Part shown: piece by piece, positions 1 to 12,700 of the stretch
How positions within the stretch are numbered: the stretch's first letter is position 1
How the letters are laid out: each line of letters begins with the position of its first letter
Assembly: GCA_965153285.1 (NCBI GenBank)
Contig: OZ229111.1
Direction: 5' to 3' (one strand)
Length of the DNA: 64,000 bases
Origin: Podarcis tiliguerta
Lineage: Eukaryota
Notes under the pieces: model-generated
What the model was told of the DNA's origin: nothing
Database searches by the model: none
The model's input: only the letters and a program-made list of their open reading frames with translations
Translations under genes and position numbers: made by a program

Positions 1-1584
1 CAGGTGAACACATCTAGGAAGGGAAATCCATTCTTCTGCTGCCACCACAGAAAAGGCCCCTTGTCTGACAGCCATCATTATCCAAAGGCTTTGGAAGACC
101 TCCAGAGAAATGTATCCAAACACTATCTTAACCGATGGACAGGCTCACATAGAGAAGACCAAGGTTTTTAAAAATGCCCCTTTTTAGAACAACCTTCTCA
201 CAAAGCAGTTTGCTATACATTAAATAGCAAGCTGCAGCTGTAAAGCTGCTGAATCCAATTGCAATAAAACAAACTGGGACCGCAGAGTTGTTCCACAGCA
301 AGGCATTGTGGTTGTGGTGACCTTAAAGAGTGTCTGCTCCCACTGCTTCTTTGTCACAGTTGTGACAAATAGAAGAAACTCTATTTAAAGTTTTAACAGT
401 TTCCTGCTTGATAAACTGTATTTGCCAGAGCAATGTGGAGGTGTAGGCATACGCCTTGCTCTGTGGAAGGGCCCTGAGGACATCCCTGTAGGAGTGCCAT
501 GGACCCTTTTGTTGCAGCCGCAAAGTGGTGATGGTACTCTTAGTGCTAAATGGTGACAGGCAGGTGGCTGGATCAGTGGAAGGGTGCAGAAATTCACCGT
601 CTTACCCACTGCACCATCTGAAACAGACACATTTCTAGTCTCTTTCTCTACGCTTTTTGTAATTCTACAAATCTCAACAAACAAACAAAAGCTCCTGGCA
701 ACTATTTCGAGGTGCTGAAGTTCCCAACCATTATTGTTCAAGCAGACGGCTCGCTCTGCACTCAAAAGAACATGGCTGGCTCCTACCATGCAATTAACAG
801 TAGCTGGCCAGTGACATCGCTCCCATTCTCTCCTCCCCACTGTGTTAGGGGGCCAGCTAAGAGCCAATGAGAATCCAGAAAGAGCATCACGCTGCCTGGC
901 TTGGTGCTTTCAGGAAGGCTTCCAGAATACTTATATCTGCTGCGGGAGCCACTATGGGGGGAAACCTGGCAAAAAAAAATGTAAGAAATATAGCAGCAAA
1001 AGGACAACAAGAACAGCTGTGTTTTCATCTATCACTTTGAACACTTGTCTCATTATCCCAGACGAAAGAAAACATTTACAAAATGTCAGTTAAAATTTTA
1101 TTACATTACCCGGAGGCTCGTTTTGTGGTATGTAGTCTGAAGTTTTTGTCTATTGCATTTTATTTATTTATTTGATCAACTTTATATACTGCTTGATTGT
1201 AAACAACAACAACAACATCAAATGGGGTTAATAGCTCACCTTTCTTCCAAGACTTTCCAGATGGAGCAAACAGTCCCATCCCCCCATTTTATCCTTCTAG
1301 CAACCCTGTGGGTTAGGATAGGTCAAAAGAGGATGACTGGCTAAAGGTCACCTAGTGAGGAGCATGGCTGATGGAGTTTCAAACTGGTCTGCCCAGTCCC
1401 AGGCTGACATTCTAACCACATGGCAACAGGCATCACACCGGAATGTGCATTATACATTGAAACATGCTGCATCCTTAAAAATATAATTTTGCATACACAT
1501 TTGTCATGTGAACAAGGAGAATGCAATGAAGGGAAATGTTTCAGGAGGGAGCACTGAAATTATATGCAGCATGATGTGCTACAG

Positions 1585-1823
1585 CAGGCTTCCTCAAACT
1601 TGGCCCTCCAGATGTTTTGAGACTACAATGCCCAGCATCCTTGACCACTGGTCCTGCTAGCTAGGGATCATGGGACCTGCAGGCCAAAAACCATATGTCA
1701 GGAGTGCTCTGATGGTGTTTCCTGCTTGGCAGGGGGTTGGACTCGATGGCCCTTGTGGTCTCTTCCAACTCTATGATTCTATGATTCTAAAAACATCTGA
1801 AGGGCTGAGTTTGAGGAAGCCTG
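1585..1823. mobile_element. hAT-type MITE with a nested CR1-type 3' fragment
   Basis: TIRs caggcttcctcaaact / agtttgaggaagcctg; 8-bp TSD tgctacag at 1577-1584 and 1824-1831. Internal insert at about 1692-1789 ends in (attctatg)n. Confidence 0.8.
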
Positions 1824-3677
1824 TGCTACAGCCTCTGCAGGGAAAACTTCACAGCTTGATCCTGTGTCAATGCATAAACTAACCCTGAGGGTTCATAAGC
1901 ACCAGTGCTGAACAACTTCAGTCCCAGGTACCATTAGGAGCCAATTTGTAGGAGCTGAGGTTCCTCCCCCCAAAAAAATATTTGAGGGAGCTAGGCCCTC
2001 CAAAAGGTGGTGGGCATTGCCATCATGTGATTATGGGGGGCAGGGCTTACCAGCTCCCCCCCCCCAAATATTTTATTCATGTTGGCCCCCCTGCCAGGTA
2101 CCCTTGCTTATACTACTCAGGGCTCCTTATGCTACCTAAACCAAACTACTCTAGTCAAGTGGAAGCAGTAGCAGTGGTGAAAGCTAGTCTGGCTACCCTT
2201 TTAGTTGTGGAGTAAGCACCAACTCAGAACAGGGGCCGAGTTTGAAATACATGTTGGTTGAACTAAATTACACACACCCCTTGCCACTGCCCCAGCTGAC
2301 ATTTGTCATTTGTACTGTTTCTTCCATGGCTAAGCAAAGTTACACCACTATGACCATTAAGTCAAGCCTAATGAATACTAGAAGCTGAATACCTGATCCC
2401 AGTGCCTAGGTCTGCCAGAGAGACACACAAATAGGAGAAATAATGTGCAAAGCCAGAGCAGGGATTGTGCAGTTCTGTTCAGTGTTTTGTAGCACTCTCC
2501 ACACTCATTTGGCAGTTGTTTTGAATGGCAAGAAGTTAGAGGCATTTGCCAGCTTCCTCCTGGCCTGACCCCACCTGCTAAGCCAGGATATTGTGCAGTC
2601 CTTGCTCCATCCTAGGAAAAACCAGCGTCCTTCGTAGGAAACATCCAGATACCCTGGCATGTATTTTGTGAATTGACAGGGGTGCAGTTGCTGGACCACA
2701 CCATGTGGCTTAGGTTCTTGGCATCTCTGAACGATGTTGCATATATTCATAAAGAAGACTGACTGACCACATCTTCTTCAGTGTTCTGTAGTCAATTTTA
2801 CACACACAGCAGCAAATCAAACAATTACCTGCCATGGTGGACGAATACTATTTCCAGGACAAGAGGCAGCATGCTTCTAAAAACCAGCAGCTGGAGAACA
2901 GCAGCAAGAGAGGGGTATTGTGCTCATGCCCCACCTGTAGACATCCCAAAATTGTCTGGCTGGCGACCAACAAGGCAGTTGTATTATGTTCAATCCTAGC
3001 TCCCTGACAAGCATAGCCAAACAGGCATTTGCTAGAGCTACATTTTTGGGGCATGCATTTAAAGCACTGTCAGGACATGCCTCTAAACAAATGCAATGTG
3101 AGATACCTCCCTCTGTCCTGCTGCAGCACAGGTCAGCCAGACCCAGGTTATCCAGGCAACGTGCTGGAAGGGGTGAGAGAGAAGACAGGAGCCACATATG
3201 CTTATCTCCTCTCCATCGCTAATTGGGGCTACGGAGAGCACAGTCGGCACCCAAGCTCCATCTGCTGAGTGCCAACAGTGCCTGGAGCCATCTCCACAGC
3301 TCCAGTGCTTTATGCATCATGCAGCGACCTAGGACTGAATGCATCAAGCTGGGGAGAAAGGAAGAGCAGCGCACTTGCCTCTGCGGGCAGTAAGCTCTCT
3401 GTGCTGTGCAGAACAGTGCAGCTTTCAGTATCCAATCTGCATCCTACTTGGAGAGGCTAAATAAATTGGGGAAAGGAACAGAGGATAAGTGCCAACCAAC
3501 AGCTGCTGGCCCCCAGAATCACACTAAGACATAGGGCTCTAATGTGTCTTAAAAGGGGTGCAAGTCAGATCCCCAGGGGTGAAGAACCTGTGGCTCTGTA
3601 GATGTTGTTAGACTCCCAAATCCCAGCTGCCACAGCCTGCATGACAAATGGTCATGGATGATGGGAGAATTGCAATA

Positions 3678-3985
3678 AAAAGGTAAAGGTAAAAGACCTC
3701 TGGATGGTTAAGTCCAGTCAAAGGAGACTATAGGCTGTGGTGCTCATCTCACTTCAGGACAAGAGAGCCAGCATTTGTCCACAGAAAGCTTTCTGGGTCA
3801 CGTGGCCAGCATGACTAAACCACTTCTGGTGCAACTGAGCCCCGTGACAGAAGCCAGAGCACACAGAAAAGCCGTTTACCTTCCCGCCACAGCAGTACCT
3901 ATTTATCTACTTGCGCTGGCGTGCTTCCGAACTGCTAGGTTGGTAAGTTCAAGAGGCTCAGTGGCTTAGACCACAGCGCCACCTG
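3678..3985 (-). mobile_element. Sauria-type SINE
   Basis: (ACCTTT)n tail read as aaaggtaaaggt on +; core ggccagcatgact...tttaccttcccgcc...gtacctatttatctact; tRNA-like head at the right end. Confidence 0.75.
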
Positions 3986-4886
3986 TGCGATATATGGCAC
4001 AGAGCCACCCGTCGCCTACCACAGCATTACAACTTCCAGTCTTTTTGTTGCTCTGTGCCTCAGCCACTTAAGAGGTCCATAGGTTGTTCTTACCTGGGGA
4101 TACTGGAATGCAGCCCAAATAGCAGGGTTGGGAACAAGGCGCTGTTATTGCCAGACCTAATTAAGCTTTGTTAAGATGACAAATGTGCATTCCCTTGGCC
4201 TTCTTCTACAGCCCAATTAGCGCCTTGTCCAGACGCACCTCTCATGCAAGCCACACAGTATGGGGTAGATAAATGTTGGCAGCCATAGCGCAGGGACAAC
4301 ACCTGTGTTTGAGACACCGCTTCCTCACGCTCTGTTTGAGACAGAACAGGGCTGCCCACTAAAATCCTGCTGATTCCAGGGACTGAACCTGGGACCTTCT
4401 GTATGTAAGGCGGAGGCTCTAACACTGGTCCACGCCCCTACGTGGGTTTATACGATTTGCCTCATACAATAAAGGGACTCAATCTTAAGTCCTGTAGCTT
4501 CTCGCTGCACTTTGTACCACAGCAAGATACTGCATAGGAGAAAGTGGATCTACACAATTTGGACATCAAATTCCTTAAAGTCTGGCAACAGAAGCAACTT
4601 GCTGCGACATGGACTAGCCCTGCTCACTCAACCATGCTAGGTTGGCACCTGTTGAAAATGAGAATACGTCTCTCTCTCTCTCTCTCTGGAAACTGTTAAC
4701 TAAAAATGGTTCAATACGCCACATTTGAGGGGCATTTTAAATAACAGCACTGTACAAAACCGTTTAGCCTTCTCACTCATTTTCCCAACAAAGCAAACTT
4801 GGAGGATGTAAATCCGAAGTCATATGACACACGTTGAAAGGGACTGGCGCTTCAGGAACGAGCAACACCTGCTTTTCACAATTACT

Positions 4887-4892
4887 TTTATT
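4887..4892 (-). terminator. Candidate AATAAA polyadenylation signal of SLC25A10 (3'UTR about 1.9 kb)
   Basis: tttatt on + (AATAAA on -), downstream of the stop codon at 6763. Position only; no transcript evidence. Confidence 0.5.
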
Positions 4893-6762
4893 GTCATGAT
4901 TACAAAAGTGCTGATTTAGTTGCTGTGGCTCTTCGACCCCGCAGAGTCATTACCCTCTGGAATGACGCTTCACACCTGGGGGGGGGGGGGCTGACCAGTG
5001 AGGGGGGCACCACATGCTGGCAAAACAAAGGCCAGCAGAAACAAGGGACAAACGGCCGATACGACAATCATTTCATTAGGCGTGGGCCGGATCCAGAGGC
5101 ATTTTTTTTTAAAAAATCAGTGCTACAGAACGGGGCCTTGACAACATCACAGAAAAAGCAAGGCAACGTGGAAAGATTTCACAGCCGTCTAGGCTCCCTC
5201 CAAAGCTGCCAAGAGGCTCAGAGGAACTGCCAGAGGATAAATCGGGCAGGGAGTAGGGAAAGTTTGGCAGCTTAAGAGGCACACAATGTCTATCTGTGAC
5301 ACCTACTCTAGAGTAAACCTAGTAAACAGAGGGCCTCCCCCTGCCCTGGAACCTTAGCCCATGCCATGGGTCAAAATACGGACCATGTTCTCCTTGTCCC
5401 AGATCCTCAGTGAAGGCCTTGCAGACTTAACGACAGCCCCACCACCCTTCCACTATCATATGCCAAGAGACCTGCTCACTTGGGGTACATGAGAAGCGAA
5501 GGAGGTGTCACAATGGATTCAAACGTTCTCTCCCCCAGGCTGAGCTAACTTGGCTCTTGCTAGTTAGAGGAATACCTCAGAAACCTATTCTCTGCTCTCA
5601 TTAGTGCCCCTCCCCCAGGAGGCCCTTTGGTTTCAGGAGGCTTTGGCTGAAGAAGGTTAAAGCGAGAAGCAAAATGAAGGAGGCAAGGCTTGCTAGGCCG
5701 GCCGTAGACCACAATGTTGCTTGCCCTATGCTACCACTACTACCAGTCACAGCTAAATACAAGGGGCCATCCCTGCCTCACACAGTAGACCTGAGGGTTA
5801 AGAGGAGACTGAGGTAGGAAAAAGGGAGGAGGCCGGACGCAGTGAGGGAAACCTTGTGTTCATAGAAACATTTAAAAATCTGGGACGCTGAAGGGTAAGA
5901 AGGAAAAGGTGCCCACCAGGTGTATTGCTATCGACAGCCCCACCATTAACTAATAGAACCCCTCTCCAGTTCACTCGTAAACATTTAAAAATGGACAGAG
6001 GACCTTATTATTATTATTAAGTTTCTACCTCCCCACATGGAGATGCACGTCTGCTCCAGAAGAGCAGGGGAGAAAGCAGTGCTCAGCATGGCAAGGTGAC
6101 TGGGAGATGGGAGGCCGTGGCACCCTACTCCCCCCCCCCCCCAAAGAAACAACGAAGGAGACTGAGAGGACAGAGAAATATGGTGGTATTGCAGACGAGG
6201 CAGGTTACTGCCCATGGCACAGCGCAGGAGCAACTTCAGTCTTGCAGGGCTCCCGTAGCGAGTGGTAGCAAATGTTGGAATGCCGACGGGCAAGACAAGG
6301 GCATTCGTGGGGCTGTTGGGCGTTAAGAGGAGATACTGTGGGGTCAGCAGGGTTACTACTGCACGGCAGATAGTATTGTGGTGCTGCTGCTAACGGCAAG
6401 GAATGGAGGCTCCAGTGAACTGCTGGGCATAGGAGAAAGGCATTGTGGGAAGAGGTTGGCCGCTCACTGCTACTGGGCACTAAAGGAGAGAGTTCTGATT
6501 GGCTGTCTGTCATACCATCAGGCACCAAGCAATGCCAAAGGGTTGGCTAGCAGCTGTGAGAAACTGTCAGGCACTGAAAGGGGGCATTCTGCGAGAGTTC
6601 AGCTGGTGCCGCAGCGCTAAAAAGGGCACTGTTAATAATGCCTCACCTTGGCAAAGGAATATTGTGTGATACCCGGGCACTGTGGGGGTCGTAGTGTCCA
6701 AGCCCTCCCCGCCCCCGGTCCTCCAGGTTTATGCCTCTGACTAAGGCAGGCCCTCTTCTCCC

Positions 6763-9700
6763 TCAGGCCAACACTTTGATCCCAAAGTTTTTGCGCAGCT
6801 GCTCCAGGAAAACAAAGGTGAGCACCGTATGAGGGACCAAGCGGACGCCAGCAGGAACAAGGCCCTAGAAGAGGAAATTGGTTATGGTCAGCTTCTGTCA
6901 ATCCTGGAATCGTGGCCGCAAGCTGCACAGCTAGACCAAGGAGGGAAGGTGGGGCTTGAAAAAGAGGCAGCTGGCCAAGGGTCCCAGTGGAGAGAAGCCC
7001 AGATTTTGATCCCATGCGTCTACTCCAGTATCTGGAGTCATATGACGCTTTTTCACTCACCTGGCATCACCTAAAGGCCAGGTAGCCTGGCATGCAGCTG
7101 TAGCACTTGAGCAGGGGAAGGGATGCAATGGAGGCAGTGGAGCCATCTTGGGAATAGGGAGGCAAACTGGAGAAGCACAGTGGCTGGGGACCAAAAGGGC
7201 AGGAATGCAGGATAGGAAGGGCTAGGGGTTGTGCTGTCTGCATTGAGTGCCTGGTCTACTTGGTGCAATCACCCATCGATGCTTCTGCTGCATCTGCATT
7301 ACCTTATAAAATGCCAGTGGCCCAAGCTTGGCTGTCTCCATTGCACAGTGCACGACACCCTGAGAGAGAATGAGAAAGAAGTCAGCCCATGCCCAGGCAG
7401 CCCCCTGTACAGATCCCATTCCTCTCCTTACAAGGCTCAATCTCTGCCAGTCACAAACTGATGAAGCGCTGCTGCAGCCAGAATGATGCTCAGGGGCATG
7501 GCACCAAGCAGCAGCAAAAGAAAACACAGAAAGCTGGCCAGAAGGCCAGTGATATCTATAGGATGATGCTTAGTTCAAGCAACCAATGAATCAAGAGACT
7601 CGAAATCAGGACAGCCATTGACAGGGATCAGATCACTCACCCGATACTCCCCCTGGGAGTTCATAAGGCGTGTCTTCAGCACATCCAAGGGCTGACACAG
7701 GAATGTGGCACATCCTCCCTGCAATGAAAAGGGGTGTGTGTGTGTGATGGCAGCAGAGCCTTTTTGAAATCCTGTGTTACAGGGCATGGCGTGAATGTCA
7801 CTAGAAGCATGCCCACTTGATAAGCTAGTTATCAACTGACATACTGCTACGTGGTAGTTGGAGGAAAGGGCGATATCTCACCCCACCGCTGTGTTAAGAG
7901 TAGAAATCCAGTGATGAAGAAGGGGAGTGGCAAGGCATTTCTCTCTAGTTGCAGACCACTGGTTTACCAAACAGTTACCTAAAATTAGTGCGTGGCATGT
8001 GCTGTGTTTTTAAGCCATGGAGCAGAATAAATGGGTAGAGGCCACAAAATCATCTTGCATGATCTGCACTGGAATATATAGTTCCCTGAAGCACCTCCTT
8101 CATAGTGCCCCAGACCTTAAAGAACCCCATCCCTCTATCCAGCTAATTCTCTTTCTCACCAACCTTTCAAAGCCTTCTATAAAACCAACTTCTTGGGCAA
8201 AACCGCTTCAGAATCACAACAGCCTCTTCTACACTGCAGTGCCTGCTATTAGCCCTACCTTCCCTTTTACCTTTTCCTCTTTGTCAAACCTTGCTCTCTC
8301 CATTAGTCCTCAATCCAGAGGCTCATGGTCTTATTCATTCCAAACAGCACCCAGTAGACGAACTACTGGGTCCAAGCAGATGCTCAGTAATGTAACAGCT
8401 TTACAAAGGAGCTACAAAGCAGTCATGAGCCTAGTACAGGCTTAAACAGTGTATGGTCCCACCAAGCCCAAAACAAGCCCCAGTCAAGTATGGTAGATAC
8501 TTCACCACCTACCACCCTCCACCATATTTTTACAATCTCAGGCAGGTCAAACATTGTGTTTATCTTGAAGCATTACCACTTGTGCAGGTCTGGTTAACAT
8601 AAGAGATAACTCTTATGGCTCAATTGCCAGACAATCCAACTTTAAAGGATGAGCTTTCTGGGTTTGAAATGCTATCTTTGCAGGGAAGGACTAGGACCTT
8701 CATAACAATCCATTCTTGGTAGCTCCATGGACTTCGACTTTGGGCCTCCATCTCCCAAGGAGGTGGAACAAGCATCATGGCTTTAACCCCAATGAATACA
8801 CACACACACACAAACAAAATAAAATCCTTGACTTTGCACCCACACCCAGGTATCCACTTACAGCAATAAAGCTGGCCAAGAAATGGGTGAGAATATTGTC
8901 GGAGAGGATACCGGTCCCAAGAACCAACTGCTTAGCCTGGTCGTAGCAGGAGAGCTGCAGAGAAGCAGAAAGATGTGAGACTGGCCCCAAATCTCCCAGC
9001 ACTCATGAGCAAGCAGAGAGACTGGCCCTGAAACGGAGTGTCCATTCTCTGTTGAACCACAAGGGATCAGGCAAGACAGCGACACCAGCCCCTGCAGTGT
9101 ATCAGGAGGACAAGTGGCAAAAGTGTGACTAATCCTCAGCCCTCTCGGACAAATCTCCTGTCTCATCAGTACTGCCAGGGAGACAAGGAAGTTGTAGGCC
9201 TAATCCGGGGGAACTTGGGGCTCTCTAGACTACCAACCCTTGTTATTATCTTTTCTGGCTGGGGGTGATGAGAGTCCAATAGCATCTGGAGGGCTGCATG
9301 TTCCCCACCCCTGGCCTAACCCATCTTTAAAAGCCCTAAGCCAATATGCTGAGGACACAGGTGGACTGGGAAATATAGGATCTCATTCTCCAGCCTACAC
9401 TGGGTCACTTGTGCCTTTACACCCTTTTGCACAAATCTCTCACCTTGAGAAAACAATTGCGACAGAGCCTGACCTCTCCTCTCACCCCCTTGCAGCCCCC
9501 GAGACAGGAGAGACAGTACGAAGGAACCTACAAACTAACCTGTTAACCTTGGGCCCAGAGACTAAGAGAAGCCTTCAAACATTTTAACATTTTGAGTCAA
9601 AAGCCATTAGTGCTGTCTGCAGGTTTTGCACATACATGCTGCCTTCTGCATCCTGCTGTCTGAACGCAGCTGCCTATAGCCTCCCTATGGGAAGGCTGGC

Positions 9701-12700
9701 TCTTGTGGGGAGGTTATGCCTGGACTAGAAATCTTTCCCCACATCAACTGCAGAGCGAGTGTCTCTTCCATTACATCTGACTGTAACAGGACAGGATTTG
9801 TACTAAATCCTATTTTCCCTCCCCAGGTGGCTAGAGAACATGTCAATCGATTTCATGCCTGGGGTGAAAAGTGGGCATATAGATATGGCCTTGGTGTGCA
9901 TTGCGGTGGGTATATGCCTAGCTGAATATGCACACATGTAGGCTGGATTTAGGTGCACATCCATCAGCAACTATGGCTCTTTTTTGTATCACTACCTGTC
10001 CAACGGTAACCAGGGCCCCTCGACTTGCTGCCATTGAAGCTCCCGAGAACAATTTCTTCACACCCTCTGCAAAGACAAAAGAGATTCAAAGCATGGGGTA
10101 TACAGGGCAGAGCTCACCAGGTTGCACAGTCTACAAACAGCAGTGCTTTTCTGCTCGTCAACTCTTCAGAAACCACAGTCTCCCAGCCCCTAAGACACTG
10201 CACAGGAATGGATATTCTCTATTGCTCCCAAAGATACCGGAATGATGTTATAATCTACTAGGTGCTTAGAAAGCAGAGCCAATCCATAAAAGACTTCACT
10301 GTATTCTAGCACAGGTTGGTTTTAAAAGGTTATGAAATAGCTCCTCATTTAGCCAAAGCCAGACGATCAGAAGCCTTGATAGGGCAGAGATACTGATGCC
10401 CCATCACAATAAAATATCTGTGGTTGGAAGATTAAAATATAAATCTGTGGTTAGAAATCAAAGCATCAGAGAAGATAAGATCTCCTATTAGATGCCTGTG
10501 GAAGAGAGAACACTGCTGAAACTAATCAGGGACAGAGGACAGGGGCAGTTGCTAAGACTGGGTCTCTCCGCTCTTGCACAGTTTCACTTTTTGAAACTCA
10601 GTCCAGCTGCCAATCTATCCGCACTTGCCTGGGGGCAAGCCACAGTGGATCTGAACCAATGAAGGCTGCATGACTTGTAGACTCTGCTCCTGGCCTTTTC
10701 TCCTCAATTTCCAGAGCAACATGGAGCAGGAAGCTACCATTCCTCATCCTTCCACTGGCCTTTAAAGGCAGGAGGGGTGGGTCTTATTTTCTCCACTTGC
10801 CAATCTCCCTCTCCCCCCATTGCCCCCCTCTAACACACACGAAGGGACAACCCTTTTAGTCTCCTCTCTCCCTTTTCCCTGGGCCCCATATGCTTGTTCT
10901 CTGTGACGCTCTAGAAGCCAAGTATGTGGTCAACTCTGAATTCTACCCGTGTGAACTCCAGGTCACCATATTCCTCTGCACTTCCCATAAGCTTACTCAC
11001 CCCTCTCCCTTCCAAACGTTCAGCGGCTGCCAGACTCAAGAGGAGCTTGCAAGTGGCTCCCATCACTGATCCCAAAGAGCCACTAAACAAAGGCTGTACC
11101 TGCAACTTTCGCAGGCTCTCATCCTGCCACCAGCTTTACTTCCAGGTAGTTTGCCTTGGATGGTGTTGCCCCTTCTCCTGGCACTGGTTTTGCCAGCTTC
11201 CTGGCACCGGGACTGGCCTGTAACCTAACAGCTCCCACTTCCATATAGAAAAGGGGGCAGAGGCTGCAGCAGATTCTCCCCAAGGCCCATTTCTTTCATT
11301 CAGGGTGAGCTCCCTGTGGCCTTCTCAGAAGCTCAAACTAGCCACACTGCGCGCTGACCAAATCCTTACCTTCACGAAGCACCCGATACAACCCATCCAG
11401 AGCATGTGAGTAGCTAGAAAGCAAAGAGAGACCATATTAGACACCTAAACCCATCTTGCTGCAGCTGCTGCTTCTGCTGGCCACACCAGACAGAAGGCTG
11501 CAACTATAGACTCTTCCAGATCTAGTAGGGACTTATAGAACCCTGGGCTTTGGTCGCCAGGGGGTGCTGTCCTGATTCAGAAAGGTGTCTTTGAGCTTCA
11601 AACAATATGGAATTTGAGGATCCATGCTGCCCCTCTGTGGCCATGCAGCTTCAGTACAATCCTTTTCGGAGGGATAAAGGCTTTCACAGGGTCCTCCTCC
11701 TTAATGCTATTATTTGCCTCTCCCACACTTGTACATCTCCTGTACAACCCCCCTCTGCAATCTGGACACTCACTTGCGCCGCAGATGCACCGGCTGCTTC
11801 ATGTCATTCTGCATCCTGTGGAGAGAAAAGCACCACAGCGTTAAGGACACTTTCATGAGGGCAGGGAGACAAAAGCCTTTCCCAAATCACACACACACAA
11901 CCCCGCCACCACAGGATGCTGAGTTTGCCCCAGAGCAAGGCGAACCACAGAGACAATGGGCTAAATTCTGTGTAGCTGTTCAGAATTTTGTGATCATATA
12001 CCTGAAGGAGCATCTCCACCCCATCGTTTAGCCCAGACACTGAGATCCAGCGCCAAGGGCCTTTTGGCGGTTCCCTCCCTGCGAGAAGTGAGGTTACAGG
12101 GAAGCAAGCAAAGGGCCTTCTCGGTAGTGGCGCCCGCCCTGTGGAATGCCCTCCCATCAGATGTCAAGGAAATAACCAACTATCTGACTTTTAGAAGGTA
12201 TCTGAAGGGAAGTTTTTAATGTTTGGTGTTTTTAATATTCTGTTGGGAGCCACCCAGAGTTGCTTGGTGAACCCAGCCAGATGGGAGGGGTATAAATAGT
12301 ACATCATCACCATTATCGAGTTGGAAGGAACCCCATGGATAATCTAATGCAGCCCCCTGCAATACAGGAATAGGCAGCTGGGATCAAACCTGCAGCCTTG
12401 GCATTTTCAGCACCATGCTCTAACCCACTGAGCTATCCAGCTAGCACTAAGCAGATTTCTCTGTCAGCAGAAGCATTTCTGATGGTGAAATGGTCAGCCC
12501 TTTCCTCCCCCCGCATGCTGCTGCAGGGACTCTCCAAACCCCCCTGCCCACCCGAGCCAATTTAAGGGGGCACGAAGAGGGAAAACACCACTGAACTGGT
12601 GGAAGTCCTTGTGTGGGCTTATCCAGCCCCATGGAATGTCCCCGAGTTCAGTAGGAGTGTGAAGAGTCAAGTGAACAGGTCAGGGGGAGCTGAACTGGGC

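Noticed and set aside
1-4800. Short ORFs downstream of SLC25A10
   Set aside because: No recognisable homology or consistent exon chain; the region is repeat-rich intergenic DNA.
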